From contig CBDALO010000010.1 in the NCBI GenBank assembly GCA_965196985.1, forward strand, positions 17,413-41,412: DNA of 24,000 nt, read 5' to 3'. Source of the DNA: Gammaproteobacteria bacterium. Lineage in GTDB: Bacteria; Pseudomonadota; Gammaproteobacteria; UBA12402. The notes below the pieces were generated by a model. That model ran no database searches, was not told the DNA's origin, and was given only the letters and a program-made list of their open reading frames with translations. This document shows positions 1-8,048 of this stretch, one piece after another (the first letter of the stretch is position 1; every line of letters starts with the position of its first letter). The position numbers and the translations under genes are program-made.

Positions 1-42
1 GAGCCTGAAATAGCCTGTAACGTCCCACAATAATTTAGAGAA

Positions 43-72
43 ACCATCTCAACCTATTTTGCGTGAGATGGT
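43..72 (-). terminator. possible intrinsic terminator or terminal hairpin downstream of the AAA+ ATPase gene
   Basis: A 9-bp stem, ACCATCTCA (43-51) pairing with TGAGATGGT (64-72), with a 12-nt loop. On the minus strand it begins 10 nt after the stop codon at 82-84. The loop is long and the trailing T-tract is weak. Confidence 0.25.
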
Positions 73-81
73 GTCAAATAG

Positions 82-882
82 TTAACCTTTTAGCTCATGA
101 ATTGCCTGATTAATGACATCATCCGGTATATGGTTTAAATTCATATTAGCGGCGATTAGCAACGCATGTCGCATGAGCCTATCAACATAACGAAGCCTAC
201 CTTTTGTGGCCATGTGTACTGCACGAATACCTGTTTCAGTGAATAAGCTGCTGCTCATTCCTGCCTTCTCAAAAGCAGCGTGAATAATGCTCTCAAAATC
301 CCTGCTATCTTCAATTGCATGCCACCTAATAAAGCACTGAATTCTAGAGTTGATAGGTTCATAGGCTGGTCTCTGCAATGTTGCTAGAAGTGATGGGAGT
401 CCACATAAGATAATCGTCATGACGTCTTTGCTGTCAAAACTGAAATTAAGGAAGTCAGGTAATCGTAGAATGAAATCATTACTAAGCTGATGCGCCTCGT
501 CTAGGATCCAAATAGGCTGAACGTTTTTATCATGGTAGAGCGCGATCAAGCTCTGCTTCAAGTCTCTCCAAAGTTTAGAGAATCGGTAATAGTTTTCTAA
601 ACCTAGATTTTCGGCAAGCTGAGAGTACACATCAAATGACCGAAAGTGAGTGTCTGATTGATAAATGACTTGATGGGTCAGCGGGTTGAGTTTATTGCTC
701 CAGTATCTTAGCGCCGTGGTCTTTCCTGTCCCTGAGTCGCCAGTAATCACTGCTAAGCCGCGTGTTTCTAGCAAACCATTAAGTTGCTGCTCTAGTCGCT
801 TTGACTGCGCCAATTCAATAATGTTTGATTTACCCAATGGATCAAATTTCAAGCCAAAATGTTGAAGATACATCTTACTCAT
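82..882 (-). CDS. AAA+ transposition ATPase (TniB / Tn552 p271 / ExeA-like)
   Basis: 266-aa ORF with Walker A GDSGTGKT and Walker B IWILDEAH. Same strand as, and downstream of, the DDE transposase at 2114-3341, separated from it only by an IS110 insertion. The likely true start is the ATG at 873 (MYLQHFGL...), which has a GGATGAG Shine-Dalgarno-like sequence just upstream. Confidence 0.8.
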   Translation of the reverse strand: MSKMYLQHFGLKFDPLGKSNIIELAQSKRLEQQLNGLLETRGLAVITGDSGTGKTTALRYWSNKLNPLTHQVIYQSDTHFRSFDVYSQLAENLGLENYYRFSKLWRDLKQSLIALYHDKNVQPIWILDEAHQLSNDFILRLPDFLNFSFDSKDVMTIILCGLPSLLATLQRPAYEPINSRIQCFIRWHAIEDSRDFESIIHAAFEKAGMSSSLFTETGIRAVHMATKGRLRYVDRLMRHALLIAANMNLNHIPDDVINQAIHELKG

Positions 883-928
883 CCTTGTATCTTAAATAAC
901 TGTAGAGATATGACAATATTGCTACAAT

Positions 929-1110
929 CCCAAGGATGCTTGGGTAGGCGGAAGGTGAAGCCGTGTTCGTCCTTAGGATTTAATCCTGTTGAGGAGATTT
1001 AGCTCCCTTCCACCCTCATAAGTTCATGAGATCGAACGGTATCTTAGGCCATTGTGAGCCTGTATTTGCAAGGTTGATCCGAACTATGATTTCCCAAGTT
1101 TGTTAGTGTA
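929..1110 (+). ncRNA. candidate IS110 bridge (seek) RNA in the left-end leader
   Basis: Non-coding leader upstream of the IS110 recombinase, with several hairpins. These are CCCAAG/CTTGGG (929-944), a long-range stem GGAAGG (950-955) / CCTTCC (1006-1011) enclosing AGGAT-TTA-ATCCT (975-987), and GGAG...CTCC (993-1006). The position matches the published IS110-subgroup arrangement (5' ncRNA). Guide loops are not assigned. Confidence 0.3.
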
Positions 1111-1134
1111 ATAAAATTTAAGAGGCTCTAGCAA

Positions 1135-2085
1135 ATGAAAAAAAATTGTGTTGGTATTGATATTGCAAAATCTGATTTTGTTGCTGCTATCACCACTAGC
1201 GGAAAAGATCACGTTAAACATTTTAATAATAATCCTGAGGGCTTTTCTGAGTTATTAGAATGGACGCAATCTTTATCTGATCAGTCACTTCATTTTTGCA
1301 TGGAATCAACAGGTAAATACGGTAATGCATTGGCTCTTTATTTACATAGTGAGAAGTGTGATGTCAGTATAATTAATCCTGCACGAATAAAGTTTTTTAT
1401 GAAAGGACAGCTAATACGAAACAAGACCGACAAGGCCGATGCGGTCAGTATTAAGGACTATTCAAATCATTTTACTCCAACGCTATGGCAGCCTTTGCCA
1501 GCTAATATAGAGGCTCTAAGAGCTTTGATACAGAGATCTGAAGTATTAACCTCCCAAGTCAGCAATGAACAAAACAGGCTGGAGCTAGCGGAAGAAACAA
1601 TTATTAGCTCTATACAAAATCATATCGATTATATGGAAAAAGAAATTTTACGACTGCAGGAAGAAATTAGTAAGCTGATCGCGAGTGATGATGATCTGAA
1701 GAATAACACAGAGCTGCTTAAAAGCATCCCAGGCATTGGTGATAAAACCGCTCAAACACTAACTGCTTTTTTTAATAATATTGAAAGATTTTCTGGCGCA
1801 AAACAATTGGCTGCTCATATTGGTTTAAATCCCAGCCAGTCACAATCAGGCACTTCATTGAATTCATCACGGCTCTCAAAGGTTGGTAGTGCTTGGTTGC
1901 GAAAGGCGCTTTACATGCCGGCATTAGTGGCTATAAGGCATAATCCTATTTTGAAGAAATTTTATGAAAAGCTGCTCAAAAAAGGCAAGCCAAAGAAGCT
2001 AGCCATTTGTGCTGTTATGAGAAAAATGGTGCATATGATTTATGGCATCCTAAAAACACAGCAGCCATTTTCAGCGGATGCCTAG
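1135..2085 (+). CDS. IS110-family DEDD transposase/recombinase
   Basis: 316-aa ORF. N-terminal RuvC-like motifs: VGIDIAKSDF, CMESTGKYG and NKTDKADA. C-terminal helix-hairpin-helix region: SIPGIGDKTAQTL...HIGLNPSQSQSG. This is the typical IS110 architecture. Confidence 0.92.
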   Translation: MKKNCVGIDIAKSDFVAAITTSGKDHVKHFNNNPEGFSELLEWTQSLSDQSLHFCMESTGKYGNALALYLHSEKCDVSIINPARIKFFMKGQLIRNKTDKADAVSIKDYSNHFTPTLWQPLPANIEALRALIQRSEVLTSQVSNEQNRLELAEETIISSIQNHIDYMEKEILRLQEEISKLIASDDDLKNNTELLKSIPGIGDKTAQTLTAFFNNIERFSGAKQLAAHIGLNPSQSQSGTSLNSSRLSKVGSAWLRKALYMPALVAIRHNPILKKFYEKLLKKGKPKKLAICAVMRKMVHMIYGILKTQQPFSADA

Positions 2086-2113
2086 TAAAAATTTTACAAT
2101 TTATTGTTGACGT

Positions 2114-3341
2114 TTAAGACGGTATCTCCTCAGTGATATCCAAATCCTCTTTAACTTGGTTATAAACAATCTCAACTAGCGAGGTTTTTCTTGCTGGTTG
2201 TTCCGGCATCTGAGGTCTAGCTCGGGTTCTAGAAAGGTTGTTATGTTTGTCCAGCTCTCCCACTGCACCAAGGTATTGATATTCCAATGATTCGACGTGA
2301 CGGGCGGAGTCACTATGCGGATCAACCACTAAATAAACCTCTTGTTGAGCCAGTTCAAATGGAACTTCAAAGAGTCGATTATTCCAGCTTACCGTGCCAT
2401 CCTTCCTGACTCGGCGCTTAATGCGATGCAGGAAGTAATCATCTAGCTTATCGGCCAAACAACCTAACGGCTGAATTTTAGTGAGGTCTTGCTGATAGCG
2501 TTGTAACGGGGTCATCTTGTCAGGCAGGGCGCTTTGCGAGGCTTGATGATAAACACGCTCAACCCAAGCCCAAAATCGATCATTCAGCGCATTGAAACTA
2601 TGAATGGAATCCAGGTTGCATTCAGCTAGGAATTGCTCGCGTACTGTTCTATGCCAACGCTCTAGTTTGCCTTTGCTTTGCGGTTCATAGGGCCTGCCGT
2701 AAATCAATTGAATTTTCAAACGAGCACAAATGGTTTGCAACGTTTTAGCACGGTAGGCAGGGCCGTTGTCAATGATGAGCTTAACAGGAAGCCCACGTTT
2801 GAGTAATGCCTCTTTCAACACATGCTCAATAGTAATGGCACTCTCATCAGTACAAAATTTACTGTGACAGACCAACCTTGAGGCATCATCAAAAATACTC
2901 ACCAAATAGCTTTTAACTCTTCTTTGGCCATCGTAAATCGTTGGACCATGCATGACATCGCCATACCAAATATCACAAGCTGTGAGCGCCTCAAATGAGC
3001 GGCGCTCAATTTGGTTAGAAGGTGTGACTGTTCTTTTAGACAGGCCGTGTTTTACTAATAAGCGGTGAACTGTTGCGTGAGATAATTCACCTCGTGCTAC
3101 CTTCCCTTGAGTTTCTAAGAGTTTAATCACGGTCGGAATTGATCTTGAAGGGCTTTCCTGTTTAGTGGAAATAATTAACTCTTGTAGCTCTGGATTGATG
3201 TGACACTGGCCTTTGTCTCGTCGAGTTTTAGGAACTAATCCATCAATACCCTGCTTTAACCAGGCGTAATACCAATTCTCAATTGTTTTAGCACTGAGGT
3301 GAACACGCTTACTACCTGGAATGTTGTAGGTTTGCTGGGAC
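2114..3341 (-). pseudogene. Mu/TniA-like DDE transposase (rve core plus Mu-transposase C-terminal domain), 5'-truncated by an IS insertion
   Basis: The GTG start in the ORF track is artefactual. The frame stays open upstream to 3341 and encodes an HTH-like segment, ...TIENWYYAWLKQGIDGLVPKTRRDKG.... DDE candidates are WYGDV, IDNGPAY and KGKLERWH. A C-terminal beta-domain is present (DGTVSWNNRLFEVP...VYLVVDP). The N-terminus is missing because the IS left end starts at 3342. Confidence 0.85.
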
Positions 3342-4728
3342 GGGTGCTGCCTTTATATAATGTAGAAAATATAGCATAATATACACTTTAACTTGATTAC
3401 GGATGGTGTTTGGATGTCAGCTAGAATTCTCTCTGATGAAAATAATGAATTAACTATTGAGCTCAAGCTTCCACTAAAAGGATCCATGCTTGAATGTGAG
3501 GATGCAATTCTTGACGGCCTTAATGAGGTTGGAACATTAGCCACTGAAAAAGCTTTAAGTAAGTTTGATGCAGATGGCTCTTCTATCCATGTTGGAAAAA
3601 TAAAGCTAACAGCACGAAGTAGAGATGAAGCAAATTACCAAACGCCTTATGGAGTTGCTCGAGTTAAGCGTTATGTTTATCAAACCTCTAAAGGCGGGAA
3701 GATCTTTTGTCCTTTAGAAGATAAGGCTAGAATTATCCAAGGATCAACACCGCGATTTGCAAAAATAATCTCACATAAATACTCAAACTTACCTGCTCCT
3801 AGTGTTATTGATGATCTCAAGGTCAATCATAACCGTAAAATCTCACATTCATACTTGCAACGGGCAACTGATTTTGTTGGCGGTATTGCACAAGCCAAAG
3901 AGGCTGAGTGGGAATATGAAGAACCAAAGCTTGATGCAGGCATTGAGATGCTAAGTATTAGCTTAGATGGTGCATATGTTCTCACCGTTGATGATGGTTA
4001 TAGAGAGAGCATGGTTGGAACTATTTCCATGTATGATAAGCATGGTGAACGCCTGCACACAACCTACGTTGCAGCATCACCAGAATATGGAAAAGATGAA
4101 TTCTTTAATAGGCTTGAAAAGGAAATAAAGCTGAAAAAGAAATATTACCCTGATGCTAAAACAATTGGCGTTGCTGATGGAGCAAAAAATAATTGGCCAT
4201 TTCTAAAAAAACATACTGATACGCAAATTTTAGATTTTTGGCATGCAACTGAATATCTCGGCGAAGCATCAAAGGCAGTATTTACCAAAAAATCTGAAAG
4301 AGATGAGCGTGATGTTTGGCTCGAAGAGAGATGTCATGACTTAAAGCACAAGAAAGGTGCGGCAGGTAGAATACTTGCTGAGCTTAAAGAGCATCTAAAT
4401 AAAAAACTGAATAAATCGCTTAGAGAAAAGCTAGAAGGAACAATTACGTATTTTGAAAATAATATTAAAGAAAAGCGAATGTCGTATCATAATTTGATTA
4501 AGCAGAATGCACCAATTGGCTCTGGCGTCACTGAAGCAGCATGTAAAACAATTGTTAAACAAAGATTAGGCGGATCAGGAATGCGCTGGAAAGACAAGGG
4601 AATGAAAATCGTTTTATGCTTGAGAACACTAGTAAAGACTAAAGGCAGATGGGATCAGTTTTGGGAGAAGGTCAATGATTTTGGCGTGCCAGCAGCAATA
4701 TAGCCTACATTATATAGAGGCAGCACCC
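3342..4728 (+). mobile_element. ISKra4-like insertion sequence, type A, copy 1 (1387 bp), no target-site duplication
   Basis: 24-bp terminal IRs matching 23/24: GGGTGCTGCCTTTATATAATGTAG (3342-3365) and CTACATTATATAGAGGCAGCACCC (4705-4728). A near-identical second copy lies at 19383-20769. The flanks GCTGGGAC and GCAATTTC differ, so there is no TSD. Confidence 0.88.
3393..4703 (+). CDS. ISKra4-family (UPF0236-like) DDE transposase
   Basis: 436-aa ORF with motifs ISLDGAYV, GVADGAKNNW, LDFWHATEYL and GSGVTEAACKTIVKQR. The TTG start in the ORF track is uncertain; the first ATG is at 3414. It fills the IS between its IRs. Confidence 0.8.
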   Translation: MITDGVWMSARILSDENNELTIELKLPLKGSMLECEDAILDGLNEVGTLATEKALSKFDADGSSIHVGKIKLTARSRDEANYQTPYGVARVKRYVYQTSKGGKIFCPLEDKARIIQGSTPRFAKIISHKYSNLPAPSVIDDLKVNHNRKISHSYLQRATDFVGGIAQAKEAEWEYEEPKLDAGIEMLSISLDGAYVLTVDDGYRESMVGTISMYDKHGERLHTTYVAASPEYGKDEFFNRLEKEIKLKKKYYPDAKTIGVADGAKNNWPFLKKHTDTQILDFWHATEYLGEASKAVFTKKSERDERDVWLEERCHDLKHKKGAAGRILAELKEHLNKKLNKSLREKLEGTITYFENNIKEKRMSYHNLIKQNAPIGSGVTEAACKTIVKQRLGGSGMRWKDKGMKIVLCLRTLVKTKGRWDQFWEKVNDFGVPAAI

Positions 4729-5014
4729 GCAATTTCTTACTTATGTTACGACCTACCTTGTATACTACTGTAAGTTACGGAGAGTATTAGGGCTTCGGTA
4801 GTCGTGGATACCTTACCCCTTACAGCAGCCTACCCAAGGTTCGCTGCGCACTTAAGTCGTAATTTTGACTTAGGCTTCCTTCAGATCCTTCATTGGCTTT
4901 GGCTAATGCTTTACCAAAGTTTCTTCCGGCACCCTTGCCATCGTCTACACGTTCCTAACTCTCACGGCCATGGCGGGAGTTTCACCCGCTAGAAATTGCC
5001 CATGCCTGTCACAC
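4729..5014 (-). mobile_element. group II intron 5' fragment (intron nt 1-286, domain I part), truncated by the IS at 4728
   Basis: The reverse complement is near-identical to the first 286 nt of the full introns at 5980 and 15108, starting GTGTGACAGGCATGGG at 5014 and reading leftward. The match stops exactly at the IS right end (4728/4729). Confidence 0.92.
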
Positions 5015-5979
5015 CACTTATGTGGGATTATCACGCAGAAAACTCACAGCGCGTAATACTGAATCTGAGACCTTTGTTCTTAGCGATTGATTTTGATGAG
5101 GTCAGTGAATTAAAGCCTTTATTTAAAGCTTGTCGATTCTGGAAGAAGTTACTCAAGAGTAATAAAAGTCTAACCAGTTACCCACTTTCAAGAATACCTG
5201 TTGAGCATATCCATCCTAAAGCCTTACGCGAACAGTTTAAAGTCACGAAGACGGTTAAAGGTAGGAAAAAAGCAACCATTGATCAACATCAATATGAGTT
5301 TTATTTGTATCGTTCGCTTAGAGAAAATATTAAGAATAGAAAAATTGCCATTAACTCTTCTGAAAACTACAAAAGCTTTGACAAAAAGGTGAACACCCCT
5401 GCTGATTGGAATGAAAACGCTCAATCCCACTTACTTTCTCTAAATAATAAGGAGTTAATCAAACCAATTGAAACCATCTTGTCAGATCTGAAGTCAATCT
5501 TAGAACCCTTATTAGAAAGAACCAATCAACGCGCATTGAACGAAGAAAATCAGCAAATAAAGATCACCCGCCATCGTGATGGTAGTGTCAGTTGGACACT
5601 TCCGTATGTGAAAAACAATCCAGAATTTGATAATGATTTTTATAAACAACTAGAGGTTAAAACTATCTCAGAAATCTATGACTATGTGGCTAAAGCGTGT
5701 GGCTTTCCTGCTGTTTTACTTCAATCGAAGTCACGTTATGGTCGCTATAAACAAGATTATTTAGCAACTAAAGGAGTGATTTTAGCTAATGGAACCATGC
5801 AGGGCATTAATCTTTTTTCTAAGCGCTCAAATTTAACTTATCAACGATTGAAAACAGCTGAAGATAATCACGTTCATTTGCAAAGCTTGCGGGCAGCGGC
5901 TGATCTTATTATTGATGAGATGTTGGCTTTACCAATTTATGATCGTTATCTAATTGACAACAAGCTTCATGGAAGTGTG
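5015..5979 (+). pseudogene. tnpA: Tn3-family transposase, internal segment (N-terminal ~1/3 missing)
   Basis: Frame of ORF 4996-5985; its first codons derive from intron sequence. Tn3-TnpA-like central region (...YEFYLYRSLRENI...WTLPY...GVILANGTMQGINLFSKRSNLTYQRL...LHGSV). It is bounded on both sides by group II intron 5' ends. Confidence 0.82.
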
Positions 5980-6614
5980 GTGTGACAGGCATGGGCAATT
6001 TCTAGCGGGTGAAATCCCGCCATGGCCGTGAGAGTTAGGAACGTGTAGACGATGGCAAGGGTGCCGGAAGAAACTTTGGTAAAGCATTAGCCAAAGCCAA
6101 TGAAGGATCTGAAGGAAGCCTAAGTCAAAATTACGACTTAAGTGCGCAGCGAACCTTGGGTAGGCTGCTGTAAGGGGTAAGGTATCCACGACTACCGAAG
6201 CCCTAATACTCTCCGTAACTTACAGTAGTATACAAGGTAGGTCGTAACATAAGTAAGAAATTGCCCTTACCCTGTGAAGGGCCGTAGGTATGGGTCGGTG
6301 AAACTGCGTCACCTTAAGCCCTACGCGAAGCAGTAATGCCAAGCTAATGTACCTAGGGTCTGCAGATGAAGTCGTAGTAGTCGTTAAAACTCGATGCCGA
6401 TGACTTGGCTGGTGACAGTCAAAGAGGATAAAACTTAGAGTAAGCAGCAAGGATGCTGAGGCGAAGGACGGAACAAGGTAGAGTTGGCGAGTTGATCATT
6501 TGCATCCATGGAGATTAGATCAGCTAGTCATAGAGCTTTTAATGAAAGGCCACAACGTAAACGTGGCGAAGTACTTTTAAGTCTGATTAACATTAACATG
6601 CAAGAGAAAGAGAA

Positions 6615-7925
6615 ATGACACAGCAGCCATTATCTATCGACACTGAAAATCTCTTTGAACTTGTTTGCCACGAACAGACGCTAGCTAAAGCCTTCGATCT
6701 CGTTAAAAAGAACCAAGGTTCTCATGGCGTAGACGGGGTTAGCCTAGCAGATTTTGAGACAAACAAAACAGAAGAGTTAGCGACACTAACCAAGGAACTG
6801 GTAAACTGGCGCTACAAACCACAACCTGTTAGAAGGGTTGAAATCCCCAAAACAGGAAACTCAGGTGTAAGACTACTTGGCGTAGCTTTTATCAGAGATC
6901 GTGTAGTACAAACGGCAATAAAGCTTGTACTGGAGCCTCTGATTGATCCGTCCTTCTCTAATAGCAGTTTCGGTTTTCGGCCTGGTCGAAACCAGAAGCA
7001 AGCCATTGAATCGGCAAGGCAATTAGTTGAGGATGGAAAAGAGTTTGTAATGGATATTGATCTGTCGAATTTCTTTGACAGAATTAATCACGACAAGATC
7101 ATTGCTAAACTAAAAAGGTTTGTTGATGATAAGCGTATTCTACGCCTCATTGGCATGACACTTCGAAGCGGTGTAATGACCTACGAGTGCTATGAACCCA
7201 CAACATCAGGCGCAACGCAAGGTAGTCCGCTAAGCCCATTGTTGAGTAACCTCATCCTAGATGGTCTCGACAAGAAGCTTGAACAGCGTGGCCTAGAGTT
7301 TGTCCGCTATGCAGATGATTGCAACATCTTTGTGAAGTCGCGTAAAGCGGCTAATCGCGTGATGGAATCAATCTCTCAGTATATTGAGAAGAAAATGAAA
7401 CTGGTCGTCAATGAGGAGAAAAGCAAGTTAGCACTATCTCGTCAGGTAAAGTTCTTGGGCGTTACGATAGTTAAGGGAACTGTTGCTATATCAAAAGCAG
7501 CTATTAGTAATGCCAAAACAAAAGTTAAAGAACTTATACCTAGAGGAACCCACAAAACCCTTGAGGATTCAGCAAAAGACTTTAATAGGTGGTATAAAGG
7601 TTGGAGTAATTACTTTGAAGTAACTTACTATCCAGCTCAGTTTGCTACTATAGAGGCTTACGCTCGAAGACGTTTTAGGGCACGCATTGTCTCTCAATCA
7701 AAACGGAGAAGATTTCTATTTAAGAAATTAAAGAAACGCGGTATTAAAGCAAAGACTGCTGCTAAGGTCGCCTTTTCTAATAAGAAAAGGTGGGCACTAT
7801 CACGAAGTAAAGCGGTTGAGCTAGCCTTCCCCAACAAGTACTTCCAAGAGGTTGGCTTGCTCATTAAATCTCAGGAACAGCACCAGCACTGGTTTGAAAT
7901 GAGTCGATGGATACATCTAACTTGA
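6615..7925 (+). CDS. group II intron reverse transcriptase/maturase (no endonuclease domain evident)
   Basis: 436-aa ORF with RT motifs: RRVEIPKTGNSGVRLLGV, FGFRPGR, DIDLSNFFD, QGSPLSPLLSN and YADD (RYADDCNIFV). Maturase/thumb region NRWYKGWSNYF. Basic C-terminal tail with no H-N-H motifs seen. Confidence 0.95.
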   Translation: MTQQPLSIDTENLFELVCHEQTLAKAFDLVKKNQGSHGVDGVSLADFETNKTEELATLTKELVNWRYKPQPVRRVEIPKTGNSGVRLLGVAFIRDRVVQTAIKLVLEPLIDPSFSNSSFGFRPGRNQKQAIESARQLVEDGKEFVMDIDLSNFFDRINHDKIIAKLKRFVDDKRILRLIGMTLRSGVMTYECYEPTTSGATQGSPLSPLLSNLILDGLDKKLEQRGLEFVRYADDCNIFVKSRKAANRVMESISQYIEKKMKLVVNEEKSKLALSRQVKFLGVTIVKGTVAISKAAISNAKTKVKELIPRGTHKTLEDSAKDFNRWYKGWSNYFEVTYYPAQFATIEAYARRRFRARIVSQSKRRRFLFKKLKKRGIKAKTAAKVAFSNKKRWALSRSKAVELAFPNKYFQEVGLLIKSQEQHQHWFEMSRWIHLT

Positions 7926-7926
7926 G

Positions 7927-7994
7927 GAGCCGTGTACGGTCCCGTACGCACGGTTCTGTGGGCAGTCGGGAGCTTTAGCTCCCACTGACCCGAT
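7927..7994 (+). ncRNA. group II intron domain V and domain VI (copy B)
   Basis: GAGCCGTGTACGGTCCCGTACGCACGGTTC folds as domain V, with the AGC triad, a 2-nt bulge and a 4-nt loop. GGGCAGTCGGGAGC-TTTA-GCTCCCACTGACCC folds as domain VI, with a bulged A in ...CTGACCCGAT. Confidence 0.85.
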
Positions 7995-8048
7995 GATGGT
8001 AAAAAGAAAAAAACACGTCGTCGATTATTGCGTGCCAGGTATTCAAGT
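7995..8048 (+). pseudogene. tnpA: Tn3-family transposase, 54-bp segment between the intron and the IS91 element
   Basis: In frame with the upstream exon after in-silico splicing: GAT GGT AAA AAG... = DGKKKKTRRRLLRARYSS. It continues into KYFGTDVG at 9627 once 8049-9626 is removed. Confidence 0.78.

Larger units (their letters stand above)
929..2100 (+). mobile_element. IS110-family insertion sequence inserted between the tniA-like and tniB-like genes (boundaries tentative)
   Basis: Holds a DEDD-type IS110 transposase ORF preceded by a ~200-nt structured non-coding leader. It has no terminal IRs, as expected for this family. TACAAT occurs at 923-928 and 2095-2100 and may mark the shared core or junctions. 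Removing 929-2100 leaves a 59-bp tniA-tniB intergenic spacer. Confidence 0.6.
5980..7994 (+). mobile_element. complete group II intron, copy B (2015 bp), sense-oriented inside tnpA
   Basis: Starts with GTGTG. The RT/maturase ORF lies in domain IV. Domain V is at 7927-7956 and domain VI has a bulged A 7 nt from the 3' end. The intron ends ...CCCGAT. The shared sequence with copy C begins and ends exactly at these coordinates. Confidence 0.93.

Noticed and set aside
3353-3544. 63-aa minus-strand ORFs overlapping the 5' ends of both ISKra4-type A copies (3353-3544 and 19394-19585).
   Set aside because: They are antisense to the transposase start and begin within the IR. There is no independent support.
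6220-6450. Small ORFs on the minus strand inside intron domain I, and their repeats (4804-4992, 5950-6189, 6220-6450, 15130-15318, 15349-15579).
   Set aside because: They lie antisense or overlapping to structured intron RNA. They recur only because the intron is repeated. They have no start context and low-complexity composition.
6812-7006. 64-aa antisense ORFs inside the RT genes (6812-7006 and 15941-16135).
   Set aside because: They are fully embedded antisense in a strongly supported CDS, so they are most likely chance ORFs.
6615-7925. Could the reverse transcriptase belong to a retron, a DGR or an Abi-type defence RT?
   Set aside because: It is embedded in a canonical group II intron: a GTGTG 5' end, domain V with the AGC triad, a domain VI bulged A, a maturase X motif, and precise repeat boundaries at the splice sites. 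There is no msr/msd-like repeat pair and no template/variable repeat pair.
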